Of a DNA stretch of 64,000 nt, positions 26,048 to 34,552 are shown piece after piece. The translations under genes and the position numbers were made by a program. The DNA comes from a virus (lineage: Duplodnaviria; Heunggongvirae; Uroviricota; Caudoviricetes), in IMG/VR virus record IMGVR_UViG_638275541_000001; one strand, written 5' to 3'. Below the pieces are notes generated by a model. It searched no databases, was not told the origin of the DNA, and saw only the letters and a program-made list of their open reading frames with translations. Every line of letters starts with the position of its first letter. Position 1 is the first letter of the stretch.

Positions 26048-26395
26048 ATGAAAACTTGTCTTAAGTGTAAACTTAGCAAGGATGAAAATGATTTCTACAT
26101 GAAAGATGGTAAGAGAACTCATTCATACTGTAAAAAGTGTGTTAATGAGCAAACCATAGAAAGACAAAGAGCACTTAAACTTTCAGCTATTGAATACAAA
26201 GGTGGAGTTTGTCATGATTGTGGTAAAAGGTATCATCCAGCAGTGTATGACTTCCATCATTTGAATCCTTCAGAGAAAGATTTTAGCATTGGTCATAGAA
26301 AGAGCCTTAAATTCTCTCAAGAGTTAAAGGACGAACTTGACAAATGTGTTTTGCTATGTTCAAATTGCCATAGGGTAAGACATGCAAAGTATTAG
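26048..26395 (+). CDS. HNH endonuclease (paralog 2)
   Basis: DFHHLNP and CSNCHRVRH motifs; start set to ATG downstream of tRNA. Confidence 0.7.
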   Translation: MKTCLKCKLSKDENDFYMKDGKRTHSYCKKCVNEQTIERQRALKLSAIEYKGGVCHDCGKRYHPAVYDFHHLNPSEKDFSIGHRKSLKFSQELKDELDKCVLLCSNCHRVRHAKY

Positions 26396-26532
26396 TTAGC
26401 AGATTACTTAGACGACCTAAGCGGGTCTTCCTGTAGGGAGGTGGTCTGTATCTCATGTTTTCCAGAACATGTAAATAATCTGAGAAGGGGCTTTACAGTG
26501 TTGAGATAATACGGTAAGCTTCGAATTATAGT

Positions 26533-26615
26533 ATGGGACGATGTTAAGACTCTAAGGCATGAGCAACGGCTTCCAACACCGTTTCAAAGGGGTTCAACTC
26601 CTCCGTCCCATGCCA
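26533..26615 (+). tRNA. tRNA-like gene, non-canonical interior (anticodon unresolved)
   Basis: perfect 7 bp acceptor ATGGGAC/GTCCCAT, T-loop TTCAACT, CCA; interior does not fold into a standard cloverleaf by eye. Confidence 0.45.
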
Positions 26616-26628
26616 AAGTCTTATTATG

Positions 26629-26716
26629 GGTAGGTAGCGGCTAATGGTAGCCAAACTGTCTTGAAAACAGTTGCCACTGTAGAGATACGGTGAGGGTTCG
26701 ACTCCTTTACTTACCG
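26629..26716 (+). tRNA. tRNA-Ser (anticodon TGA), long variable arm
   Basis: anticodon stem ACTGT/ACAGT loop CTTGAAA; ~20 nt variable arm; T-loop TTCGACT; CCA not fully encoded. Confidence 0.75.
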
Positions 26717-26974
26717 CCTAATAAGATTTTAAAGCCAAGCTTCATTCGGATGTTGCTTTGGTATCCCTCGTGTATTGTCGTACACACTGATAAAACACCT
26801 AGTAGGTGTCACGGAGAAGAGATAATATCAAGCTCTCCAAAGGTTCTAGTCACCGGATTAAACAAGACTATGCAAAGACCTTTTTAGGTCTTTTTAGAGG
26901 GCTTCTAAGGTTATTACCGCTTGTTGTGGAACCTTGTTGCTTAGGTTCTTAGAAGTTCTCTAAAAAGATTTAAT

Positions 26975-27052
26975 GGGAGATTGATGGTAATTGGTAAACC
27001 TATCTCGCTTAGAACGAGATGTTTGAGGGTTCGAATCCCTTGTCTCCTACCA
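26975..27052 (+). tRNA. tRNA with TAG anticodon (Leu codon CUA), short variable arm
   Basis: anticodon stem TCTCG/CGAGA loop CTTAGAA; T-arm GAGGG-TTCGAAT-CCCTT; CCA. Confidence 0.6.
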
Positions 27053-27059
27053 AATTAAT

Positions 27060-27135
27060 GCAGGTGTAGCAAAATGGTTATGCGGCTGACTCTTAATCAG
27101 TAAGACGATGGGTTCAATTCCCTCCACCTGTACCA
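27060..27135 (+). tRNA. tRNA-Lys (anticodon CTT)
   Basis: acceptor GCAGGTG/CACCTGT, anticodon loop CTCTTAA, CCA. Confidence 0.7.
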
Positions 27136-27141
27136 GACATT

Positions 27142-27217
27142 TGGGTCATAGTTTATATGGTTAAAATTCGAGTTTTGCAAACTTGGGAACTGAGTTCAAT
27201 TCTCAGTGACTCCACCA
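27142..27217 (+). tRNA. tRNA-Ala (anticodon TGC)
   Basis: T-arm CTGAG-TTCAATT-CTCAG, anticodon stem CGAGT/ACTTG loop TTTGCAA, CCA. Confidence 0.65.
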
Positions 27218-27223
27218 ATTAGT

Positions 27224-27298
27224 GCATCCATAGTTTAAACGGGAAAATTACAGTCTTCCAAACTGAGGTTGAGGGTTCGATTCCCTCTGGATGCTCCA
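27224..27298 (+). tRNA. tRNA-Gly (anticodon TCC)
   Basis: acceptor GCATCCA/TGGATGC, anticodon loop CTTCCAA, T-loop TTCGATT, CCA. Confidence 0.7.
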
Positions 27299-27312
27299 AA
27301 TTAAGGTGTGAT

Positions 27313-27726
27313 ATGAAAATATGCAGTACTTGCAGAATACCAAAAGATGAAAGCTTATTCCATAAGAATAAGAACAAGAAAGATGGTCTTCAAAGTCAAT
27401 GCAAAGACTGTGCAAGACTTCGTGATGCAAAGAGTTATCAAGCAAATGATAAAAGGAAAGAGGCTATTAAAAGCACTCGTAACTTCAAGAGAGAGTATAA
27501 TAAAGCTCTAGCTAGAAGGTACAAAGCTTTATGCAAATGCCATATATGTGGTGAGAAAGAACCAGTTGCACTGGATTTACACCATACAGACCCTTCCCAG
27601 AAAGATTTGAATCCTGCATCACTTTATTCATACTCCACAAAAAGATTAAAAGATGAAATCAGAAAGTGTATTGTCTTGTGCGCTAACTGCCACAGAAAAG
27701 TACATGCTGGCATCATAAAAGTTTAA
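27313..27726 (+). CDS. HNH endonuclease (paralog 3)
   Basis: DLHHTDP and CANCHRKVH motifs plus CxxC pairs. Confidence 0.7.
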   Translation: MKICSTCRIPKDESLFHKNKNKKDGLQSQCKDCARLRDAKSYQANDKRKEAIKSTRNFKREYNKALARRYKALCKCHICGEKEPVALDLHHTDPSQKDLNPASLYSYSTKRLKDEIRKCIVLCANCHRKVHAGIIKV

Positions 27727-27727
27727 T

Positions 27728-27804
27728 GCTGCTTTCGTATAATTGGCTATTACACATCCCTTGTAAGGATGGAAATGCAGGTTCAAGTCCTGTGAGCAGC
27801 ACCA
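27728..27804 (+). tRNA. tRNA-Thr (anticodon TGT)
   Basis: anticodon stem CATCC/GGATG loop CTTGTAA; T-arm GCAGG-TTCAAGT-CCTGT; CCA. Confidence 0.8.
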
Positions 27805-27899
27805 ATTCAGAGGTCAAGTGAAAGACCGCTGGTGTCAACTGAAGACCGTAACAAATTCCACGGAGTTGAGTTAGCGGCACAACTTCAGACCTCTTTCAC
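27805..27899 (+). ncRNA. structured inter-tRNA element with nested inverted repeats
   Basis: GTGAAAGA...TCTTTCAC outer pairing, CCGCT/AGCGG inner pairing, internal GAAGACCGT motif shared with Y-like elements. Confidence 0.3.
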
Positions 27900-27974
27900 A
27901 CTCGCTTAGTTTATATGGTAAAACATCACCCTTACAAGATGAAGAAAAAGGTTCAAGTCCTTTAGTGAGTACCA
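27900..27974 (+). tRNA. tRNA-Val (anticodon TAC)
   Basis: acceptor ACTCGCT/AGTGAGT, anticodon loop CTTACAA, T-arm AAAGG-TTCAAGT-CCTTT, CCA. Confidence 0.75.
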
Positions 27975-27975
27975 T

Positions 27976-28053
27976 GTTCCAGTATCCCAATTGGCAGAGG
28001 ATGCAAGCTCAAACCTTGTATTAGTGACGGTTCGAATCCGTCTTGGAACACCA
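27976..28053 (+). tRNA. tRNA with CAA anticodon (Leu codon UUG), short variable arm
   Basis: anticodon stem GCAAG/CTTGT loop CTCAAAC; T-arm GACGG-TTCGAAT-CCGTC; CCA; body paralogous to 28906 tRNA. Confidence 0.6.
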
Positions 28054-28166
28054 ATTTGAGGAGAGCACTATGAGTAATAACTCCATCGCAAAAAAGTTTA
28101 GAGCGTCATACCTAAACAGACGTAAAAACAAAGTTTGTGAAAAACTGTATGGTGTTCTCGTAGGTA

Positions 28167-28242
28167 AGCAGGATTAGTTCAAATGGATAGAGCAACAGTC
28201 TACGAAGCTGTTAATAGGGGTTCGAATCCCTTATCCTGCGCC
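28167..28242 (+). tRNA. tRNA-Arg (anticodon ACG)
   Basis: D-stem GTTC/GAGC, anticodon stem ACAGT/GCTGT loop CTACGAA, CCA. Confidence 0.8.
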
Positions 28243-28261
28243 AATTTAAAGAGGCTATTTA

Positions 28262-28819
28262 ATGAGATATTTGAAGTATGCTTCATGGATTTTCTTAGCT
28301 TTACTAGACCCAATTGCAGCAATCCTAGCAGTTATCTTAGCACCTTTCGTAGTTCCATTCTACAGTGAGAAGAAAGGACATCTACCTTTTGGATTCAGAT
28401 GGATGGAGACCTATGACAACCCAATTGATGGTGATGAAGGTCACGTTAAAAGATGGGCTAAGATTAGAAAGATTGGTAAGCTGGGTGTCTACATGCAGAG
28501 AGTCGGATGGCTCTGGAGAAACAAAGCTTATAACTTATCTTACCATGTATTAGGAAGAGATGTAAAAGATGTTACTAAGTGGAAAGGTAATATCAACGTA
28601 AGTTCTGACCCTGAAGATAATCAGACAGGTTATCTCCTAATGTGGAACAACAATGCTTGGGGATTATTCGCTTTTATTCCGTCAATTAAAATCTTTGGTA
28701 AACAGTTTTACTGGAGAATTTATGTTGGATGGAAACTAAAAAGTGTTGTCCCAAAAGAAAGAGCATTCTCAAGGGAAAGAGTTATGTTGGCATTCTTTAT
28801 TCATCCACTGAGAAAGTAA
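28262..28819 (+). CDS. membrane protein embedded in tRNA cluster
   Basis: 185 aa ORF; hydrophobic N-terminus IFLALLDPIAAILAVILAPFVVPF. Confidence 0.5.
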   Translation: MRYLKYASWIFLALLDPIAAILAVILAPFVVPFYSEKKGHLPFGFRWMETYDNPIDGDEGHVKRWAKIRKIGKLGVYMQRVGWLWRNKAYNLSYHVLGRDVKDVTKWKGNINVSSDPEDNQTGYLLMWNNNAWGLFAFIPSIKIFGKQFYWRIYVGWKLKSVVPKERAFSRERVMLAFFIHPLRK

Positions 28820-28827
28820 AGATTTAA

Positions 28828-28903
28828 AGGGGATTAGTTTACAAGGTTAAAACCTCGGTCTTTGAAATCGAAGAAGTTGGTTCAATTCCAACATCCCCCG
28901 CCA
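28828..28903 (+). tRNA. tRNA-Gln (anticodon TTG)
   Basis: D-stem GTTT/AAAC, anticodon stem TCGGT/ATCGA loop CTTTGAA, T-arm GTTGG-TTCAATT-CCAAC, CCA. Confidence 0.7.
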
Positions 28904-28905
28904 AT

Positions 28906-28984
28906 GCTCCATTACTCCAATTGGCAGAGAGGCCAGACTTAAAATCTGTGTTATGTATCGGTTCGAATCCGATATGGAGTACCA
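28906..28984 (+). tRNA. tRNA with TAA anticodon (Leu codon UUA), short variable arm
   Basis: anticodon loop CTTAAAA; T-arm ATCGG-TTCGAAT-CCGAT; CCA. Confidence 0.6.
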
Positions 28985-28989
28985 ATTTT

Positions 28990-29065
28990 AGCGGTATAGC
29001 ATAACTGGCAATGCAGCAGTCTCTGAAGCTGTCCTATTAAGGTTCAAATCCTTATGCCGCTGCCA
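28990..29065 (+). tRNA. tRNA-Gln (anticodon CTG)
   Basis: D-stem GCAT/ATGC, anticodon stem GCAGT/GCTGT loop CTCTGAA, T-arm TAAGG-TTCAAAT-CCTTA, CCA. Confidence 0.8.
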
Positions 29066-29096
29066 CTTCTAAGGGTTCTTACGAGAGTCCTTAAAT

Positions 29097-29172
29097 GTGG
29101 CCTTATCATAAATGGTAATGACCCATGCTGTGAACATGGTCTATACGGGTTCAAATCCCGTAGGTCACCCCA
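29097..29172 (+). tRNA. tRNA-His (anticodon GTG)
   Basis: D-stem TCAT/ATGA, anticodon stem CCATG/CATGG loop CTGTGAA, T-arm ACGGG-TTCAAAT-CCCGT, CCA. Confidence 0.8.
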
Positions 29173-29177
29173 ATTTA

Positions 29178-29254
29178 TAGTCCAAGTAGCTTATATGGTT
29201 AAAGCGCGTGTCTGAAAAACATGAGAAGAGGGTTCAAATCCCACTGGACTACCA
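29178..29254 (+). tRNA. tRNA-Phe (anticodon GAA)
   Basis: anticodon stem CGTGT/ACATG loop CTGAAAA, T-loop TTCAAAT; acceptor register ambiguous by 1-2 nt. Confidence 0.7.
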
Positions 29255-29270
29255 ATTTCAAAGGTGCTTA

Positions 29271-30005
29271 ATGAAAGAGATGACAGAACAAGGTAAGGAG
29301 ATTTTTAATCTCTTAAAAACCGGTAAAGGGTTTTCTAACCCACTTATTACTGGTGCAGCAGTTCTCGGTGGAACCGTAGCTGCCTCTACATCACTTGTAA
29401 GCTCTATTAGCTCTGTAACAGACCCTACAATGAAGGAGAAGCTTGTTGCTGCTGGACTCACAACAGCCCTCCTAAACAGCTTTACAACAAGCCTGACAAG
29501 CACTACAGCAACTACTAAGACCCTAACAGACTATGGTCAAAAGTCTATTGATGAGTTTTCATCACGTATGCAGGTAGCAAAGGGGTACTCCAATGTTATG
29601 GGTGCAGCAGGAGAACAAGTTGGTTGTACACCATTCAGTGGTATTATGGGTGTTGCTACAGAGTACGGTCAGCAAGCTATTGACACTATTAACAGCACAC
29701 TAGACAGTGTTAACGGTGTGTTAAGTGACTTACAAGACGCTATTGATAAGGGTCTTGCTACTGTTTCTGATTTAGCTAACCAAGCTGTCAGTAAGATTAA
29801 TGAAGGTATTTCAAAGATTACAGCTTATGCAGATGAAGTTGTGCAGATGATTGAAGAAGAAGCTGCCCTTATTGCAGAGTACCTTAAAACGAATATCAAT
29901 GGGTTCTTAGCAGGTATCTTACCAGACTGGTTTGATGATGCTTATAAAACTGGTGTAATTGACACTATTGCAACACCAGAAATGAAGAGCGCATTACAGA
30001 AATAA
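29271..30005 (+). CDS. hypothetical Ser/Thr-rich protein
   Basis: start trimmed to ATG after tRNA-Phe; track ORF overlapped the tRNA. Confidence 0.45.
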   Translation: MKEMTEQGKEIFNLLKTGKGFSNPLITGAAVLGGTVAASTSLVSSISSVTDPTMKEKLVAAGLTTALLNSFTTSLTSTTATTKTLTDYGQKSIDEFSSRMQVAKGYSNVMGAAGEQVGCTPFSGIMGVATEYGQQAIDTINSTLDSVNGVLSDLQDAIDKGLATVSDLANQAVSKINEGISKITAYADEVVQMIEEEAALIAEYLKTNINGFLAGILPDWFDDAYKTGVIDTIATPEMKSALQK

Positions 30006-30007
30006 AT

Positions 30008-30100
30008 GGAAGATTAACCCTAAAAGGTAAGGGAGCAGTTTGCTAAACTGCCAGTAGCTGAGAAATCGGTGTACCAGTTCAAGTCTGGTATCTTCCTCCA
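30008..30100 (+). tRNA. tRNA-Ser (anticodon GCT), long variable arm
   Basis: anticodon stem GCAGT/ACTGC loop TTGCTAA; 21 nt variable arm; T-arm ACCAG-TTCAAGT-CTGGT; CCA. Confidence 0.75.
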
Positions 30101-30104
30101 ATCT

Positions 30105-30180
30105 GAATCCGTGACAGAAATGGATATGTGCCTGTCTGCAAAACAGGTTTATAAGGGTTCAAGTCCCTTCGGATTCTCCA
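30105..30180 (+). tRNA. tRNA-Cys (anticodon GCA)
   Basis: acceptor GAATCCG/CGGATTC, anticodon stem CCTGT/ACAGG loop CTGCAAA, T-arm AAGGG-TTCAAGT-CCCTT, CCA. Confidence 0.8.
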
Positions 30181-30217
30181 AGTTATTTTACTCTCTCTCA
30201 ATTAAAATAATAATAAT

Positions 30218-30277
30218 GCCCTGCTATAAGTATTCTTCCTTTCGCTACCGAAGAGTATTTTTAGACAGGGCTTTTTT
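30218..30277 (+). terminator. terminator-like hairpin after tRNA cluster
   Basis: GCCCTG...CAGGGC stem followed by TTTTTT. Confidence 0.5.
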
Positions 30278-30402
30278 ACAGAGTTATACTTTATAGGAAG
30301 ACTTATACAGTATGTCTCTGACGTACATTGTGGTTTCTCCTTGACGGTCTCCGTGCCGTCTTTTTTAAGGGGAAACGAGATTTATTATTTGGAGAAAACA
30401 TA

Positions 30403-30603
30403 ATGAGCGAGAACGTTTATAAAGAACTTTATGAAGCTAACAAGAAGTTAGAGTTTATGCAGAATACTATCATGGCAATTGCAGATAGACTGTCTGTAGC
30501 AACAGGTATTGATATTAAAGAAGCATCTATGGATGCACTTCTTGATGCTGTTGATGCAAAGTTCGAAGTTAAGAAAGAAGAGACTGCTACAGACTCTGAA
30601 TAA
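30403..30603 (+). CDS. small protein upstream of terminase (function unknown)
   Basis: 66 aa from ATG with GGAG RBS; track ORF started upstream. Confidence 0.4.
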   Translation: MSENVYKELYEANKKLEFMQNTIMAIADRLSVATGIDIKEASMDALLDAVDAKFEVKKEETATDSE

Positions 30604-30624
30604 TTCTATTTGCGGAGGCGCTTA

Positions 30625-32226
30625 ATGGACTTAAATGCTGTTAAGCAGAAGCGAGTGGAAGATGTTAGGAAAGTCCTAGCTGGAGAGTTGGGGCTTTCTG
30701 ATGAAGTAAAAGAAATTATTAAATCATTCGGTAAAGACCCCTCTAAATTCCTTCCAACTCAAATTCTGACTTTATTAAGATACACACCAGACCAAGTTCG
30801 CCTTATCTTTAAATTGATGACTGATAAGAACTATGTAGCCCCTCAGCCGGGTTCTCAAGAGGTCTTTTTAAACACTAATGCTGACTTGGTACTCTATGGT
30901 GGTGCTGCTGGTGCTGGTAAGACTGCTGCATTGTTAATGGACTCCTTAAGATTTATTGAAGACCCTAACTATAATGCTGTGTATTTCCGTCGAAATACAA
31001 CACAGCTACAAGGTGGTTTATGGCCTGCTGCAAAGAAACTATTTGGTAAGTTTGGTGGGATTCCTCACGAGCAGAAAATGACTATCACATTCCCTTCTGG
31101 GGCAACTATCAAGTTTACCTATCTAGAACTTGAAAAGCACGCTGAAGGTCATCAGGGTATTGAATACTCAGCTATTTACTTTGACGAAGGTACACACTTC
31201 TCTGCTTCACAGATTTCATACCTACAAACCCGTCTACGTTCTGGTGCTGAAGGGGATTCATACATGAAGATTTCCATGAACCCAGACAGAGACCATTTTA
31301 TTTATGATTGGGTAGAGCCATTCTTAGATGAAGAAGGTTATCCAGACCCTGAAAAGTGTGGTCGTATTCGTTGGTATGTAATGAATGATGGTGTGATGGT
31401 TTCTGATTGGGAGAGAGACAAGATTCTTGAAATGTTCCCTCTTGAGATTCCTCAAACATACACCTTCATCTCTGGTACGATTGATGATAACCCAATTCTT
31501 GACTTCTTAGAACCTAAGTACCGTGGTAAGTTGGAAAACAACACCCCTGTAAACGTTGCAAGACTTCGTTTCGGTAACTGGAAGGCTCGTGCAGAAGGTT
31601 CAAACTATTGGCAAAGACAATGGTGTGAAATTGTTGATTCACTCCCAGAGGATGTATTTGATGTTAGAGCATGGGACTTAGCAGCAACTTTACCATCTGA
31701 AATTAACCCTAATCCAGACTGGACAGCAGGTGTTAAGATGGGTAAATCTAAAAAAGACGGTTGCTATTATATCATTGATGTAGTAAGATTTAGAGATAGA
31801 CCCTCTGGAGTCGAAACACAAATTAATTTGACTGCTGAAAGTGACGGTAAGCGAACTGGTATTTTTATCCCTCAAGACCCAGGCGCTGCTGGTAAATCCT
31901 ACGCAACATCCCTCATCAGGAAACTTGCCGAGAAAGGCTATCGTGCAAGAGCTAAACCAACAAATAAAGATAAAGTTACCCGATTCGCGGGGTTTTCTGC
32001 TGCTTCTGAAGCTGGACTTGTAAAAGTTTTGAGAGGTAGTTGGAACGAAGCTTATTTCCAAGAGCTTGAAGGCTTTTGTGGTGATGGCAAAACTAAAGAT
32101 GACCAAGTGGATGCTACCAGTGATGCTTTCAACAGTCTTAACGAAGTTAAATTATTCAAGCCACCATCAATGGGTGCTCACACAGACTTAGTGAGAGGAA
32201 ACCCATATGAGGGGCTTAGACGTTGA
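30625..32226 (+). CDS. terL: terminase large subunit
   Basis: Walker A LYGGAAGAGKT; acidic ATPase and C-terminal nuclease-type regions; start at first ATG with GGAGG RBS (track began at TTG 30610). Confidence 0.8.
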   Translation: MDLNAVKQKRVEDVRKVLAGELGLSDEVKEIIKSFGKDPSKFLPTQILTLLRYTPDQVRLIFKLMTDKNYVAPQPGSQEVFLNTNADLVLYGGAAGAGKTAALLMDSLRFIEDPNYNAVYFRRNTTQLQGGLWPAAKKLFGKFGGIPHEQKMTITFPSGATIKFTYLELEKHAEGHQGIEYSAIYFDEGTHFSASQISYLQTRLRSGAEGDSYMKISMNPDRDHFIYDWVEPFLDEEGYPDPEKCGRIRWYVMNDGVMVSDWERDKILEMFPLEIPQTYTFISGTIDDNPILDFLEPKYRGKLENNTPVNVARLRFGNWKARAEGSNYWQRQWCEIVDSLPEDVFDVRAWDLAATLPSEINPNPDWTAGVKMGKSKKDGCYYIIDVVRFRDRPSGVETQINLTAESDGKRTGIFIPQDPGAAGKSYATSLIRKLAEKGYRARAKPTNKDKVTRFAGFSAASEAGLVKVLRGSWNEAYFQELEGFCGDGKTKDDQVDATSDAFNSLNEVKLFKPPSMGAHTDLVRGNPYEGLRR

Positions 32227-32242
32227 TAGCTAGGTGAGAAGA

Positions 32243-33709
32243 ATGGCAGATATTACAGAAACACAAGAAAGCTTACCACCATTTAGAATGGGTGAAGTAG
32301 GTTCTTTGGGTCTGAAGGTTAAGAATGGAAGAATCTATGAAGAACCTCGTCAGGCACTAAGGTTCCCTGAAAGTATTAAAACTTTCCAATTAATGATGCG
32401 TGACCCTGCTGTAGCAGCATCTGTAAATATTATTAAGATGTTTGTCAGAAAAGTCAACTGGAGATTCGTACCTCCAAAGGGAAAAGAGCAAGACCCTAAA
32501 ATGCTTGAAAGAGCAGACTTCTTTAATTCTTTAATGGATGACATGGAGCATGATTGGGCAGATTTTATTAACTCTGTAATGTCATTCTGCACTTATGGGT
32601 TCTGTGTTAACGAGAAAGTTTATAAGAAGCGACAGGGTAAAAAAGGAAAGTACCAGTCAAAATTTGATGATGGTTTAATCGGATGGGCTAAATTGCCAAT
32701 CAGAAACCAGTCAACGCTTGATAAGTGGTACTTTGACGAAGACTTTAGAAGAGTTACTGGTGTTAGACAGAATCTGAGAAATGTTTCACATATTGCTGGA
32801 GCAATTAATCTCGGAGAAAGACCACTGACAAGAAAACTTCCACGAGCTAAATTCATGCTGTTTAAGTATGACGATGAATATGGAAACCCAGAAGGTCGTT
32901 CACCATTACTTAATGCTTATGTACCGTGGAAGTATAAAGTACAGATTGAAGAGTATGAAGCTGTTGGTGTTTCAAGAGACTTGGTAGGTATGCCAAAGAT
33001 TGGTTTACCACCAGACTATCTGGATGAAAATGCAGAACCTGAAAAGAAAGCTTTCGTACAATACTGCAAAACTGTTGTTAATGATATGATTGCTAATGAC
33101 AGAGCAGGTTTAATCTGGCCTAGATATATTGACCCAGACACTAAAGAGGATATTTTTGAGTTCTCATTAGTCTCTAGACAGGGTGCTAAAGCATACGATA
33201 CAGGTTCTATTATTGACAGATATTCCAAGCAGATTATGATGGCATTTATGTCAGATGTTCTTGCTATGGGTCAGTCAAAATACGGTTCATTCTCTCTTGC
33301 AGATTCTAAGACAAGCTTACTAGCGATGTCGGTAGATATTCTGCTGAAGCAAATTAAGAACGTAATTAACCGTGATTTAGTTGCACAGACTTATGCTCTT
33401 AATATGTGGGATGATGAAGAACATGTACAAATCACATATGATGATATCGAAACTCCAGACCTTGAAGCAATTGGTTCTTATATTCAGAAGACTGTTGCAG
33501 TAGGTGCTTTGGAAGTTGACAAAGAGCTATCTAACAAGCTTAGAGAGCATATTGGTCTTCCTCCTGCTGATGAGTCTCAGCCAGTATCTGAAAAGCTTTC
33601 TCCAAATAGCCAAAGCCGCTCAGGAGATGGTTATAAGACCGCTGGAGAAGGTACTGCAAAGACACCTTCAGCGAAAGACCCAAGCACAGCAAATAAGGCA
33701 AATAAATAA
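32243..33709 (+). CDS. portal protein
   Basis: ~490 aa ORF immediately after terminase; track ORF began at GTG 32234. Confidence 0.6.
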   Translation: MADITETQESLPPFRMGEVGSLGLKVKNGRIYEEPRQALRFPESIKTFQLMMRDPAVAASVNIIKMFVRKVNWRFVPPKGKEQDPKMLERADFFNSLMDDMEHDWADFINSVMSFCTYGFCVNEKVYKKRQGKKGKYQSKFDDGLIGWAKLPIRNQSTLDKWYFDEDFRRVTGVRQNLRNVSHIAGAINLGERPLTRKLPRAKFMLFKYDDEYGNPEGRSPLLNAYVPWKYKVQIEEYEAVGVSRDLVGMPKIGLPPDYLDENAEPEKKAFVQYCKTVVNDMIANDRAGLIWPRYIDPDTKEDIFEFSLVSRQGAKAYDTGSIIDRYSKQIMMAFMSDVLAMGQSKYGSFSLADSKTSLLAMSVDILLKQIKNVINRDLVAQTYALNMWDDEEHVQITYDDIETPDLEAIGSYIQKTVAVGALEVDKELSNKLREHIGLPPADESQPVSEKLSPNSQSRSGDGYKTAGEGTAKTPSAKDPSTANKANK

Positions 33710-34209
33710 TGGCTGAAGTTATCTCTATTTCAAATGCTACACGAGTGCATTCGTATAGAGGTGTTCTTATCGTTACTGACAAATTATCTGTAGAGGCTGG
33801 CTCAAGGGTCAGCCTTTCAGGTTATGTAAGTGATGGTGGAACCTCTGACGTTTTCACTATTTGTAGGTTACTTGATGCACCAATGAGTGGAAAACCGTTT
33901 ATTTTAGGAAATTGTAGTGAAATTGTTAAAATTCCATTTGACAGTTCATGCCTTTTGGGTGTAAAGTTATATAACTGCGAGAATAAACGTATCAATGTTA
34001 ATAGCATTGAAGCCGCTTTCATTACCCTCGACACTGCATTTCAATCTCCAATGACAGTTAATAAAGAAACAAACAGACTTGAATACATTTTTTCACAAAA
34101 TGATTACAAAGTACTTGTCAAAGGCAAAGTATATGATATGATTGTAAATGTGGTAGATGAATCTGGTAACCATTCAACAGTCCTTAAACAAAAAGTAAGG
34201 TTTAATTAA
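33709..34209 (+). CDS. hypothetical head-module protein
   Basis: between portal and protease. Confidence 0.4.
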   Translation: MAEVISISNATRVHSYRGVLIVTDKLSVEAGSRVSLSGYVSDGGTSDVFTICRLLDAPMSGKPFILGNCSEIVKIPFDSSCLLGVKLYNCENKRINVNSIEAAFITLDTAFQSPMTVNKETNRLEYIFSQNDYKVLVKGKVYDMIVNVVDESGNHSTVLKQKVRFN

Positions 34210-34541
34210 TGGGAACATTAACTATTGATGGTAAGAACAAAATCCTCGCCACGCTAACCCCAACGACTATTATTTTACACAATGTAGACCCAACGGCAGA
34301 CCCTACAGCAAATAAGGTTACTCAGCCAGTGGCTATTTATTTTTCTGAACCGGATAATGGCTTAATTGCCTCAGAAGACACAGTTAACATTACTGTCCCA
34401 GCTTCTGCAACGGTCTCACACTATAGCTTGTGGGATGCTAACGATAAATGCGTGGCAACTGGTGCTCTTAGCAAACCTCAATTCTTTGCTGAAGAAGGTA
34501 TTTATGTTATCTCTTCAGTCTCTGTAGATTTAAACAAATAG
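34209..34541 (+). CDS. hypothetical head-module protein
   Basis: ATG overlaps previous stop. Confidence 0.4.
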   Translation: MGTLTIDGKNKILATLTPTTIILHNVDPTADPTANKVTQPVAIYFSEPDNGLIASEDTVNITVPASATVSHYSLWDANDKCVATGALSKPQFFAEEGIYVISSVSVDLNK

Positions 34542-34552
34542 GGTGAGTAAAA

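Noticed and set aside
26690-26887. ORF 26690-26887 and similar short ORFs at 27248-27445, 28183-28368, 29258-29503, 30069-30296
   Set aside because: Each overlaps a confidently folded tRNA or is antisense within the tRNA cluster
28070-28162. 30 aa ORF with GGAG RBS between tRNAs
   Set aside because: Too short and unsupported; likely chance ORF in a tRNA spacer
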